From Moniliella sp. 'wahieum' (lineage: Eukaryota): DNA of 64,000 nucleotides. Below, one piece after another: positions 40,101-53,100 of this stretch; the first letter of the stretch is position 1; every line of letters starts with the position of its first letter. Both the position numbers and the translations under genes were made by a program. The notes under the pieces are model-generated. The model made no database searches, was not told the origin of the DNA, and saw only the letters and a list, made by a program, of their open reading frames with translations. The DNA lies in the NCBI GenBank assembly GCA_003971905.1, contig RSEE01000022.1, positions 62,001-126,000 of the forward strand. Direction: 5' to 3'.

Positions 40101-41780
40101 CCTTGTGCGCACGCGCGCAAGCCGTTTCCCCGCCGCTCGCTCGAAGCGCTCTCCGTGAGCTCCAACACGGACCTGGTCCAGGAAAGTTGGCTGGCGCACT
40201 TTATCCGAGAAACGTATGCTCCCTTCTTGTTCGGCCTGCGGTCAAGCGCATTGCGCTTGCCGTGTTTGTCGTGATGGGCGCCAAGTCCATCATGCTCACG
40301 CACCGAATCAGCATGGGCCTCGACCACGGCTGGCGCTTCCGCCGGCCTCGTACCTGCGCGAGTACTTTGATTCGGTCGATACCTGGCTCGATGTCGGACC
40401 GCCGGTGTACTTTGTCGAGTGGCGGGCGGATACCAAGTTCCGTTATGTGCAGCGCCAACTGTGTGCTCGGTTTACGACGTGTGCGCCGTTTTCGGTGGCC
40501 AACACGTTGGAAGGCGAGCGGAAGCGGCCCGAGTCGTCCTACCTCATCGAGCCGGCGGCCAGTTTTGACGATTTTTTCCAATGCTCAACCGGCGATTGAC
40601 AGCTGCTGCCGCGTGCGGATCAATGAGCCGAGCCGGTTTGTTCGCCGCGCGACTCGGAGTTTGCGTGCCGGCCGTGCTTTGAAGGAAGAGAGTACAACAC
40701 TACCCTCCAGGGCCTGCCCGAGGGGGACGAGTTTATGATGTTCCTACGCCACTGGCTCAGCAGCCCCACCACCGCCGAGTGTCCCCTGGCCGGCGCGCCG
40801 CGTCCTACTCGTCGGCCATCAGCCTCAAGCGCAGCAACTTGACCGTCAAAGAACCGCTGTTGGACCAGGGCCTGAGCGCGCCCCTGCTGGACCTGACGCC
40901 GGGGGCATGGACCGGCCCACAACCGGACCGCGAGGACCGCAAGTTGAACGTGTATGCCTCCCACTTCCGCACCTCGCACGTACCGCTTCGGTCGCAAGCC
41001 GACTTTATCAATGCGCTCAAGGCCGCGCGTCGGATTGCCAAGGCGACGAGCGAGCGGTCGGGGGTGGGCTGTTTGCCTACTCGCTCTTCCACCCGTTCTT
41101 TGACCAGTACCTGCACCTGGGCTCGTTGACAGTGCAAGTGCTGGGCTCGGCGGCGGTGGCCATCTTTGGGATCAGCTTTGTGGTGCTGGGGTGCTGGCGC
41201 ACGGCGGCGGTGATCCTGGTGTGTGTCGCCTCGACGCTGCTGGGCGTGGTGGGCGCGATGGGCCGGTCGGGGATCGAGTTCAATGCGCTGACGCTGGTCA
41301 CTTGAGTGTGTGCGCGGCGATTGGGGTCGAGTTTTGTGCGCACGTCGCCAAGGCATTCATGCGTGCGCCGGGGCCGCTATTGGGCGCGCGGACGCGGGCC
41401 GCAGCGACGCGGCGCGGGCGCAGAAGGAGCGCGACGCACGCGTGCAGGCGGCGGTGGGGGATGTGGGCGCGGCGGTGATCACGGGCATCACGGGGACGAA
41501 GCTGGTGGGGCTGTCGGTGCTGTGGTGTACGCATCGGAGCTGCTCAAGCTGTACTATGCGGATGTGGATGGCGCTGGTCCAGCTGGGCGTGGTGCATGGG
41601 CTGGTGCTGCTGCCGGTGCGTGCTGCTGTCGTTCTAGGGGGTGTGGGCTATGCGGGTGCGGAGGACGAGAGCGAGGTGCGGCGGCGGCTGCTGCGCGCGC
41701 AGGACAGCAATGCGTGCCGCCCTTTGCCGACGACGGCGGGGCGGAGGAGGAGGAGGCGAGGGGGGGGCGTAGCAATAAAT
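37200..41780 (+). CDS. NCR1: Niemann-Pick C1-like sterol transporter; heavily frameshifted, ends approximate
   Basis: Cys-rich NTD (CAMKGLCG..ELPC; SSCPACSNNFRQFWCAFTCSP), ETDPVRLWVAP..FGPFYKTEQL, sterol-sensing FLVLAVGVDNIFLL, DVGPPVYFV, IGVEFCAH, GITGTKLVG. Confidence 0.93.
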
Positions 41781-42088
41781 GCGTCCTGGGGCAGCGTGGG
41801 AAAATGAAACGTGTATGTAGTGCGTCCCAGCCGGTTCTGCCGGCTATCTCAGATCTCAGATCTCAGATCGCACCCCCAGCTGCCCCGCAGCCCCAGGGGC
41901 GGCACGGGCCAGTGTGCGTGCGCCGCCTCGCCAGTCCCTGCTCGGCCCACCCGGCCCACCCGGCCCGTGCCACGCCAGCCCAGCCCCCTGGCCGCAGCAC
42001 TCGGGCAGCGCCGGGCCTTTCACCTCTGCGTTGCTCCTTCTCCACCTCCATCTCCATCCCCCTCCCCCTCCCCCATCCCTCCCCCACC

Positions 42089-43087
42089 ATGGCTCCCCCC
42101 CAGCAAGGCGGCGCCTTCTCCTGGTCCAATGTCGCCGTCGGCGCACGATGAACATGTTCGAGGTCACCACGCTGGGCCAGCCGTTCGAAGATCAAGACCC
42201 AGATGGCCTCGAACCGGTCCCAGTCGATGGCCCAGGCGCTCAAGACGGTGTGGTCGCGCGGCGGCGTGTTTGGTTTCTACCAGGGCCTGATTCCCTGGGC
42301 CTGGATCGAAGCGTCGACCAAGGGCGCCGTGCTGATCTGGACCTCGTCCGGGATTGAAACCTGCGTCGCGCTCGGCTGGCCTGGCGCCCGCCTGGGCCGG
42401 CCTTCGGCGGCATGGGCGGCGGTGTGGCACAGGCGTATGCCACCATGGGCTTCACCACCAGTATGAAGACGGCGAGATTACGCGCAGCAAGCAGGCTGCT
42501 GCCGGAGCCCACCGCCTCGACCTGGGCGCTCTTTGCCGACATTTACCGCCGCGAGGGCATCCGGGGCATCAACAAGGGTGTCAACGCGGTCGCCTTCCGC
42601 CAGATGACCAACTGGGGCAGCCGCATGGGCTTTGCCCGTCTCGCCGAAGCTCCCGTACGCTCCTTGTCGGGCAAGGGCCCCAATGACAAGTTGACGGCCG
42701 TGGAGCGGATTGCCTGCTCGTCGATTGGCGGCACGCTGGCCACGTGGAACCAGCCGATCGAGGTGATTCGGGTAGAGATGCAGTCGATGGCCAAGGACGC
42801 CAATCGCCCAGCAACATGACCATCGCTAGCACGGCCAAGTACATTTACAGCCAAAACGGTATCCTCGGTCTGTACCGCGGCGTGACGCCCCGGATTTGCT
42901 TGGGCATCTGGCAAACGGTCCGTCTCCTTCCCTCTTCCCTCTTGCCTCTTCCCTCTGTCGCGCTGCCTGCCGCCTTGGCTCGTCCTGACCCCCTGACCCT
43001 TTCCCTATTGTTTTTTGTCTGGCTCAGATCTGCATGGTCACGCTCGCGGACTATGTCAAAGAGTTTATCGCGGCCAAGAGCCCGTAG
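42089..43087 (+). CDS. YHM2: Mitochondrial citrate/oxoglutarate carrier Yhm2; intron ~42918-43027; frameshifted
   Basis: [89 protein letters not shown]. Confidence 0.93.
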
Positions 43088-45019
43088 ACGCGCCCGACGC
43101 TTTTCCCCGGGACAGGTTGGGCCGCACATGCGTCGCAGCCAGCTGTCCCTGAAAAGTGCCCCCCCCCTGCTCCCTTCCTCCCGGTAATGGTCACTCGTAC
43201 CCCAGCCATCCACGCGCCCTCGGGGTTGGCCACCAGGCTTGTGCGCAGTGCCGGCCAGAGTCGTAGCAGCACACACGGTTGCTCTCTATATCACGCTTCG
43301 GCCTTGTCTGCTGGAGGAAACGCGGGTGAGGCAAGGAGCGGAGGTAGGAAGCAATGATAGAGACTAGATACGCGGTACCCTGTGCCGCCCATCGACCCAT
43401 TCCTGTACTGGCGCTGGGCTTGCTTGGCCCAGCATGTTGAGCGACATGGGTGGCTGGGGATTGGGGCCCAACGTGCCTTTAAACTCACGCTTGCACCCAC
43501 GGACGGGCACGTGTACCCCGCCCCGCCGGGCCCGGGCGCACGGCACGCCGGAGAGGGGCACAAGGTGGCTCGGTCCTCAATTCAGATCCGGGTTGCCAAT
43601 GCCTTGCGGTGGGGGGTGGAAGGGGAGAGCGTAGGACGTGAGATGGCCCGTAACCAGCAAGCGGCTTAGGCCGGGTCGCAGGTTTGACGTTTGCGGTGCT
43701 TGATGCTTGATGCTCTTGCAGCTACGAAGCGGATGAAGTACGTGAAGTGCGCACAGTGCGCATGGGGGGAGGCATGGGGAGACAGGTAGAAGGGCAAGCG
43801 GATCGGGTGGGCACGCGATGAGCAGCACGATCGCGCGTCTGCCATCTGCTCCGGAGGGCATCTGCGTCCCGAGTGCCGAGTGCCGAGTACGGGGCGCTGA
43901 GACCGAGTCGAGGACTCCGAACTCCGCTCCCGCAAAGTGGTACGTAACGCGCCAGGCATCCAGAGGATCAGCGGAACTGGATCTTGGGCACCGCAAGGGC
44001 ACGCTGTCACCTGCGAATCTAAGAGGACTATGGCTGGGCCGGCAGCTGGTACCTGGGACCTGGGACGAATGACTAGTGAGTTGGTGCGTTGCCAGCGGCC
44101 CACATACCAACGGGATCTCGTCCCCCACCCCAGGGCCTGCAGCGGAGCTGAACCCGATCCATTGCGCGCGACGAGCCATCTGCGTCCGGTGGGCCGGCCC
44201 GGGCGTGCGGGGAGCGAGGGCTGGTGTGCCTTCCAGGAGGTGGGTAGGCAGGGAGGTAGGTAGACAGGTAGACAGATGGGGAGGTGGGGAGGTAGGGAGG
44301 GGAGGAAGCAGTGGGAAAGCACCCGCACCAGTACCAGTACCAGCACCAGGTCCGCTGGCCATACGGGCCTAACCCAAAGCCATGCCGGGTCTCGCTTGAC
44401 TCTCCGCGTGGCCAACTGCCGAGTGGAGACACGCCCCTGGGCTCAGCACGAAAATGAGTTGCCATGGGGAAATTCGTTGCGTCCGACCTGATCCACTCGT
44501 CTCAAAGTGCGACGAGGCAGGGGGAAAGCGGAGGGTGGGGGAGCAAGAAGCGGAAGAAGAGAGAGTTCATGAAGGAGATGGGGATGGGAAGGCGAGGAGA
44601 GTGAGAAGGGGGAGGGGACTGGAATTGGGGGTAGGGGATGGAGGGGGGGTGCAGTGAAAAGCGGGCGAAGTACCAGAATGGGGGAATGGGGGGGGGGCTA
44701 GCTAGCTGGCACGAACGGATGGCGGACGGCGGAAGGCGCACTGACCCGACCCGTGCCGGGAGGGAAGAGGGCCAGGTTGCTAGCGCCCCATCCTGGGTCC
44801 TCCCAGGTCCCTTTGAAACAGGGTCAGCTTAGGCGGGAGAGGTGGTGAGGATGAAGGAGAGGAATCAGAGACGCCAGGGACAGGTGGTAAGGCTCATCCA
44901 TGCCAAGCAATGAGGGGTAGGGGGGGGGCACGAGGGAAATGGAGGCGGAGGCGGAGACAGAGGTGGAAGTGGAAGTGGAAGTGGAGGTGGAGGTGGAGGT
45001 GGGAGCGAGCGGGGCGACC

Positions 45020-45667
45020 TTATAGAATGCGGCAATTGTTCTTCTTTCTTTGCTTTCGCGGGGCCGGTGCGAGGACGGAGCGGATGGCCTCGTCAAACAC
45101 GCCTTGAGACCCTTTTGGGTCAAGGCGGAGCACTCCATGTACTTGATCGCACCAATCTCGCGTGCCAGCTGGGAGCCCTGGGCAAAAGTAAGCGGCGCCA
45201 TGCGGCGCTCGCGCAGCTTGACAATCGTCTCTGGATCGTCGCGCAGGTCGAGCTTGGTGCCGACGAGCAAGGCCGGCACCTGGGGCGCATGGTGGGTGAT
45301 CTCGGGCCACCACTTGGTCTTGACATTCTCAAACGACGGCGGCGACACGAGGCTAAAGCAGATCAAAAACACATCGGTCTGGGGTAGCTGAGCGGGCGCA
45401 GGCGGTCGTAGTCCTCCTGCCCGGCCGTGTCCCACAGGCCCAGCACGACGGGCTTGCCGTCGACCATGACCTGGGCCGAGTAGTTTTCAAAAATCGTGGG
45501 CAGGTACTCGCCGGGAAAGGCATTGGTGGTGTAGGAGATCAGCAGCACGTCGCACGTCTTCCGACCGCGCCGTCGCGAGACGACGCCTGGCGTTGCGGGG
45601 GGGGGGGGGGGGAGTCAGCGGCACAGGGGGGGGCGGGCGGGAGGCACGCACACTTGATGGTCTGCAT
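45020..45667 (-). CDS. RAC1: Rac-type Rho family GTPase, intron 45651-45587; frameshifted
   Basis: MQTIKC.., [66 protein letters not shown], polybasic RKQRKK + CAAX CRIL. Confidence 0.9.
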
Positions 45668-46438
45668 CGGGGCAGTGGGAGAGGGGGGGGCGGCGGCGGC
45701 GGTGGCGGCGGTGGCTGGGGGCGGCTGCTGGCGGGCAGAGCAGAGCAGAGTGTGCTGTGTGCTGCTGTGTGTGCGTGTGTGCCCCCCGCCGTCTGGGCCG
45801 ACTGGTGCGCGCGCCGCATGCACGCCCTGGGCCGCCACAGGCGCCATGCGTCCGCCCGCGCCCTGCCGCATGGTGCAGGCACCGCGACACTGGCCCTGCG
45901 CCACGCCCCCCGCGCCCAGCGCCCCCCTGCCCCGCCATCGCCGCCGGGGCAGCGGCACGGCGCCGTGTGTGCCGCATGCGGACGCTCTGCGTGGTTTCCA
46001 ATGTTTCATGGGCGTGGTATTGGGCGCAGCGCTCTGGCTGAGCTCAGCCACCCGCCTGGCCTGCGGTGTATAACGCGGGGTGTACGAAAGACGTCTGTGC
46101 TCCACCCGGCAACGTCGTCGACGCGCTCCCAGACGCAGCGGAGCCCATGGCCAGGAGGGGAGGCGTGTGTTGCGCTGTCGCTGACAAGGGCTGGAGAGGC
46201 AGCCCACTCGAGACGGGCAGGAGGCGCGAGAGGGAGACGCAGAGGGCGGGGCAGAATGCATGCTCGCTGTGTGGGTTGTGGGCGGGTTGGTCCATCAGGC
46301 GAGGGCGGAGGCGGGCATAGGACACAACCGATATGTGCTGCAGGGGGGCAGGGGCTGTTCCATGGCGTTGGCCAGCCGCAGAGCAGAGAGGCGTTAAGGA
46401 CCAGAGCGCCGCCGCCTCCAGCGCCGCGCCCCCCCGCC

Positions 46439-49341
46439 ATGCCCGCCTCCCCGCCCGCCGCCCAGACGCTCGCCGCCCTCGCCGCGCTCGCCCCCGCCCT
46501 CAGCACGCCTACGGCTACTTTCCCCCCCGCCCCACCGCCGCCGTCCTCCCGCTCGACCCGCGCCCGCGAGCAGGTGGTCGCCATCTGCGCCGCCGCATCC
46601 GCCGCACGGGCTGGCCACTCCCTTCCTCTTCTCCTCCTCGCGCTCGACCAGAGTGCATCTGGGTGCCAAGCCCTGCCATGCCTACCTCGGCCTGCCCAAC
46701 CGCATCCGTGGTGGATGGCCTCCACCCATCCTCACCGCAGCCCGCACCGTCCGCCTTGGCCCGCGAGGCCAGCTATGCCAGCCCCAGCGATCTGGCGCCA
46801 TGATCAAATGGGCCTCGCACACCTCGTCCGTCCAACCACCTCCCCGCCACGGGCTGCTGGACATGGACCAGTACGTGCGTGGCGTGCTGACGAGAAGCGT
46901 ATGTACCCTCTTGTGTGTGCCCCCACCCAACTCGCTGCCACGCCCTCCGGCCCAATGAGAGATCCGCCGGGGAAAGGAAGAGGAGCCAGTAGGAGAGGCC
47001 CGTACTAACCCTCCTCCGCATCTTCCACCACCGTCTCTGTTGTCCCACAGGCACGGGGTATCCGCCCAGTGCGTTTTGTTCATTCCAAGAGGCGCTTGAG
47101 CCGAGCGAGAGGACGTGCTCGGCACCCTCTTTCGCTCCTCTCGTCCGTCATGGCGTATGCCCGCCAAACAGGCACAACGCCCTCCCGTCTCGCTCGCCTT
47201 CTTGGTCCGCTCCTGTTTGGGCTGCCTTGCAACGACACGTTCCCGCGCACCTACGACGCCTATGTGGCCAGCAGCAACGCCACCGAGCACCTCCTCCTTG
47301 CGTACCTACGTCACCTCGCCACCGAAACCGCTCTGCCCATCCGACTCGCCGAGCTGGTCCAACGCTATCCGCAGTGCCTTGCGCCCGATCCGTGCCAGCT
47401 ACCCACCACATGCGCTTGGAGCCCGTGACGATCATCGAACGCAACGTCAAGGTCTACAGCCCGGACCTGATCCTCACCGCGGCCGACATGGACGTGCCCG
47501 CACCGGAGTGGAGGGCGTGCCAGCTGCCTCCGCCGATGGAGGGCAAGCCAACCGTGTCGGAGCTGCAGCGCAAGTTGCTCAACCTGCCCTCTGCACCCGC
47601 GTGCGCTCGCTAGCCAGATCAGTCCGGAACGTCATAATACCACCTGGGGCCAATTTGCGTCGTTGGGGTTTGCCGATCCCGACCCGCAGTACCTCACCCT
47701 GGCTTCTGCGTATCCGTTTCCCAAAACCCCGGCGCCTCTGCCTCTGCCCCACCCTCCGGTCGCTCGGCCGCACACAATGCTCTGGTCCGACTTTGCTTCG
47801 GGCGGGTTTGACAATGGCACGCTCGCTCCGCTCCGTCTGTCACTGGATGCCGCCCAGTCGGCGCCGATCCCACCTGCCGCAACCGAGCAAACCGAGGCGA
47901 ACGATCGGTGGGACAAGCTGGTAGACCAGCTGCCTGCGATCGACCAAGACGTCTCGCCCGTCGCCCGGACCGGCGTAGCCGCAACGATGGACCCCACCAG
48001 TCCAATCGACTGGGCCAAGTACAGTAAGTTTGACCCGCTCTTTGCCGAAGTGTGGGCAGACTATCTGATGGTGATGGGCCGGGAACCCACCCGCCACTCC
48101 TCCACCGTCCAGCCAATTGGATTGTGGTCCAGTACCGCTCCCGTCCGCCTCGGCCCACGTTTGCTCTCCCGCCCAAGTGCGAGCCGGGCCCGGTCCCCCC
48201 GACCCCGACCCCGACCCACGCACGGCCACCGCATGGTTTGTCATTTCGGAAACGGTGCCACTCGCCTACCGCGCCTTGCTCCAGCCCCCGAGACCTCCCA
48301 TCCGCTCTGCTGCGCCCGCTTGCGCTGTTTCGCCGCCCGCGGCGGGACCCGGGCGCGCGCGGCCCGCTGCCCTCGTCCAAAGCACTCACAGTCTTGTGCC
48401 TTCCCACCCCCACCCCCAAGCCCAAGCTCAACCCCACGCTCAACCCCCAAGCCCAAGCCCATCTACCTCCCCCTCCCCCGCTGCCGGTGTCAACAGTCGC
48501 ATGGGCACAGCCAAAGTCATGCACGCCTTGCTGGGCCGCCACCGGCTCGGATTGCACAAGGATCCTCGCCTGCACGCTCGGGCGGGACCGAACGATTGCA
48601 CTAGTCCCTCCCCCCCCAGCCTGCCCGCGACCGAGCTCGGACGAGAAAACGGAGCATGGGAAAACGGCGCGTCGGACTGGGCTCGACGGAGGGACTGGTG
48701 TCGGGCCAGAATAACCACAGACAACCCCGGGGCGGGCGTGGCGATGCGGCGGCTGGCGTGCCGGCGCCCGTGCCGGCGCCCGTTTCTTGGTGGCCCAAAA
48801 GCGCCGTGCTCGTGCGTCCAGCTTCGATTCAGTTCCGTTTGACGTGGCGAGCGTGTTGCTCGACGCGACGGAGAGACGTGGGTCGAAGTGCGACGCATGT
48901 TTTCTGCGGACCATCAGATCGGCCCGCCCGCGCCTCGGAGCCGAACGTTGTCGTTGGATGCGGCTGCACCAGTTTTCTTCCCTCGGGCTGGACCGGCCGC
49001 TCCTCCCCGCGCAATCGGGGGTAGGTTTGTCTTCTTCCTCTTCCTCGCTGGGAGAAAGAGAGGAAAAGAAACCGCTACCCATACCCATACCCATACTCTT
49101 CGCAGCATGCCACGGCTACCAGCGCGTCGCTTGTCCCGCCTTCGTCCGAGACGGTGCACCACACCGGGCCGGCAAGCGGGTCCAACGGCGCTCGTCGTCG
49201 TTCCGCTCCAGCCGACCGCCGTCGTCAGACACGCTGACTGCCCGCGCTCCTGGTTCCCTCTTACCGCCTTCCATCCCCTCCGACAACGCCCCTTCCAGTC
49301 CAGGGTCCCCGTGCCTGTCCATCCTCAGGACTAACATGTAA
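46439..49341 (+). CDS. Msb1/Mug8 (DUF1708)-like protein with long disordered C-terminus; frameshifted
   Basis: TPSRLARLLGPLLFGL..TYDAYVASSNATEHLLLAYLRHL..LPIRLAELVQRYP resembles the Msb1/Mug8 domain (recalled similarity, not searched); intron ~46899-47050. Confidence 0.55.
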
Positions 49342-50057
49342 CACACGAGAAATCCGGGGGTTCGTCCCGTTGGGTTGTGTCACCGTGCCATGCCTTCATT
49401 GCCATCATCGATCATCGATCATCTCTCTCTCGCCCTAGGATCTAAGATTTGATCCACTGGTTTCCCTTTAGCGAGCCTTCATCGATTCATCATATTCATC
49501 TACCGCCCGCACCGCATCTTCTTTCCTGTGTCTTACCTTGTACCATTCTGGGGGCTCTCTCACGATCCCATCGCACCACTTCTCTCGGACCTCCGATCTC
49601 CGATCTCAGTTCTCAACTCTCAACATTCAGCCCCCCAAAAGATCTCTGATACATCATGTACATGTCCCATACCCCCGTTTCCTCCATCTGGGTCCTCTCC
49701 TTTGCACCATATGTCCCTTTTTTGTACGACAGAAGACCATCACCATCGTCCTCTCTTTCCTCCCTTTCCCTTCCTTCCCGTTTGTTCCTAGGACTCTGGA
49801 AAAATCTGTTCATACAAACATTCAACTTGAATTCACAGGAGTGGGCAGGACTAGTGGCTATACCCTTCAGCGCCTCACGCCTCAGGCTCAGCCCCCCCAC
49901 CTCCCACTTGATCTCCCTTTCAATAAAAGAGCGGCGGCTTATTTGCCAGCTGCAGATTATGTGGTAAGCGTGCCACCGCCACGTTCCAGGCCGGCGCAGC
50001 CAGGCCGATGCACATGGGTGATAAAATTCGCCCCTCCAGCGTGGAACGGTGGACCGG

Positions 50058-50148
50058 TGGAACGGTGGCTAAGGTGGCGACGCAGCACCAACACCAAGCT
50101 GGGGCGAAGCCCCAGCTGACCGGGCCGTAGGCCCGGTGGTCTTCTAGT
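50058..50148 (+). mobile_element. Helitron-like 3' terminus: two GNA-loop hairpins then CTAG|T
   Basis: AGCTGGGGC-GAA-GCCCCAGCT (50097-50117), ACCGGGCC-GTA-GGCCCGGT (50119-50137), CTAG 50144-50147 followed by T; second copy near 190-280. Confidence 0.6.
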
Positions 50149-53100
50149 TGTTATAGTATAAACGAACGTTGAACGATGGCCCCTTGCTCTCGCCCCACTG
50201 AGCTAGGATGGGACCACGTTTGTCTCGCCACTATAGTATAGGTGTTACATGGTACCGGGTACGTGGTGCCCCTGCCCTCCACTGTCCTTTGGGGGCGCGT
50301 ACGACGTACGCCTCGATGGAGAAGCATTTGGTATTCAGTCCTTACCATAGTTGCTGTGGGTAGACCCACCGCAGAGAAGTTATGCTTTCTGCTGCTCCCT
50401 CCTCACCGTTCTGTCCCTACTATTACCATGTGCTTATGCACCATGTGCACAAGCGTGCAGAAGCAGCATTCTTGGCCTCAGCCTGAGCCTGAGCGCTCCG
50501 CCGTATAATCCTCACACAGGCCTCAGGGGCGTGGCCCTATTCTCTCCTCCGTTACGCGTTACGTGGTACGCGGTACGGGTTGCACGTTACATGGTATGCT
50601 ACCCACATCAACAGAAAAGCTTTCCATGCTGTTCCACGACCCTATTCCTATGTACCCACCGCTCGCTCGCTCGCATGTCATTTTGTCTTCCTGGGTATAT
50701 CCGACGTTGGAGTGTTGACCCGTGTTTGGAGGCTAAAAAGTGCCAAGCGAAGACTTGCACTCTACCCAGTTTTGCCGCCGTGGGTATCGCGTCACGCGTC
50801 AAACGTCATGCGTCACGCGTCAAGGGGCACGATTTCTTCAAAATGGGGCTCTCGGAACCTTAAAACGATGGAGACTTCAAAGCGGGCATATATTAGTTTT
50901 TCCTAGATTCGCTTTGTTTGGTTTCCCTCCTCTCAGATCTCGGATCTCACGTCTCATATTTCGGAGGTGAGGCCTGAGGCCTGAGGGCCTGAGGGCGTGA
51001 GATCTGAGATCTCATCAATCTCATCCATCGATCCTCTCGATCATCTCGATCGTACCTGTGGTAGGACTGCCTAGCGAATCGCGCCCTCCTGAGGTCTCAG
51101 GTCTCAGGGCTTCCCATTGCAATTCTTCTCTTCTGTTGATCTCCCAAAGAGACCTGGAGTCCTGATGGTCCTGGGGGGAGATGCGATCGGACCAGTTGTA
51201 GTGGATAGCAGTGCAGGACTAAGCCATCGAGCAACACCGCTAAAGGGACATCATGCATCAAGCCGCCAGCCCCGCCGTCAAGGAAAATCGGAAAACAACG
51301 GAACTTCCTAGAGGATGCTCCACCCTCGATGAGAAAGAATGAGGTTAATGAGGCTTGAGGCTCAAGTTGAGCCCTGAGGGGGTCTGAGGGCTAAGGTGGG
51401 AGAAGGACCTGGTATTAGCCAAACACAACATGGAGTTGCGCGTTGGGTCAACTTGCAACTCCCCTCCTTCTCCCAGTTTCTTCTCCCACGGCCTCATCTT
51501 CGATCATCATGCATTGCACGACGCCTCCCCCCCCCATTTGTGGTGCCCCCAAATGTCACAAGTCATTCACCCTTTATCCATTATAATGGGGACCTCAGAC
51601 GCTCCGGCCTCGCCGTCTCACTGGCTCACCCCTCAGGCCAGGGTCACCTGCAGTCCCTCCTCCATATATGAAGTCATATTTGGTACGTTAGTATGTAGGG
51701 GATCAGTTCTCAACAGATATTGGTCCTGTAGTTCAATCGGAAGGTCAGGTGGACATGCCAAATACATAATGCATAACAAATACACACAGGCAAAGGCCCA
51801 ATGGGCCTCTGGATCTTTCCCTTTTTTCTTGCTCACAATCCGCCTCTGTGGCGGACAAAGTGCGTTGTCGCGATACAAGCCTTTGAGAATCGCGGTATCG
51901 GCGGTAAGCAACAGTAACTGTCATAGTTTGACTGATCTCGCTCCTATTTCCAATTTCTTCTCTCGTCTCGAGCGTCTCGCTCCTTCCCTGTTTCTTCCAC
52001 TTCGCGCCATATCCTCTGTTCTTGCTTCTTCCCCACGAACGATTGCTACACTCCTTGCCTAGTTCGACTCTGGTCTCGCTCGCCTTAGCCCCGACTGTGA
52101 CAGTAACTAATAGGAACTGGTAACTGGTAACTATAATATTGACCGCGGAAACCGCTAGCCGCTCCTAAACCGACCCGTTCTTCTTGCGTCGCTTAAGGAA
52201 CCAGGGAAATCGCCAGCAAATCAGCAGGACCCTCTGGTGCTCGCCATCTGTTCCCATACCCGAGGAAGCGTGTGTGGATACGAACGAACGTGGTAGACAC
52301 ATTTTTGGGCGGTGAACCATCTCCATTGAGAGTCAGTTGGTAGACCCTTCCTGTGCCCAGCATCTTGCCCGTTGTCTTGGTGGCATATATCCTTATTGCG
52401 TCGTCCAAACGAAGGGGAACAACGGTTTTTGAGTGCATCCCTGGAACTTGGCATTCTTGTCGCATTCTGCTTGTTCCAGCAGCCGAAACAGCTCCTTTTC
52501 CCTCATTCCAAAAGCGTCGCGGTGCTCTCATGTACCACCCTCTACAGTATAACCGACGGATCCGTAGAAACGCGCCGTTTTCGTGCTTTTCTGTCCACGT
52601 GCATGTCGTCTGTCTCACATCCCACATCTCAATATCAAGGCCAACGTTCAACTGTTTGCAAAAACAAGCTTCATAGTGATCGTCGGGATGAGTCGATGAG
52701 GGGAGAGAGAAGCTGTACACATGATGCGCTGATGAAGGATGTTAGATGAATAGAGCTTGTTACTGCACTTACTGAACCTTGAAGTTGAGTTTGAGGGTGG
52801 TAGCAACAGAGAGATCAAGCTTCAAGCGTCAAGAAGAATTGAGAATGTGTCCTGAGTACACTGAGTACGTATATGGCACTTACACAACATTCTGTGCGAA
52901 AACAACGGCGGAGAGACGAGGGACTGCGTGGTTAGCCAAAAAACGAAACGAGATAATAATGCGACAGACCACTGTGACATGTGATCTCGGTAGCTCGGTG
53001 AAGCTTGAAAAGCTTGAAGCTATGAAGCGAGGAAGCTTATAATGCTTGTAGTAGCTTTTGAAGCTTACCATGCAAACGTAACGCGTAACGCGGACCACGT

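Noticed and set aside
43577..44465. Long ORFs between the YHM2 and RAC1 3' ends
   Set aside because: Low-complexity GC-rich sequence with no domain features; likely UTR or intergenic.
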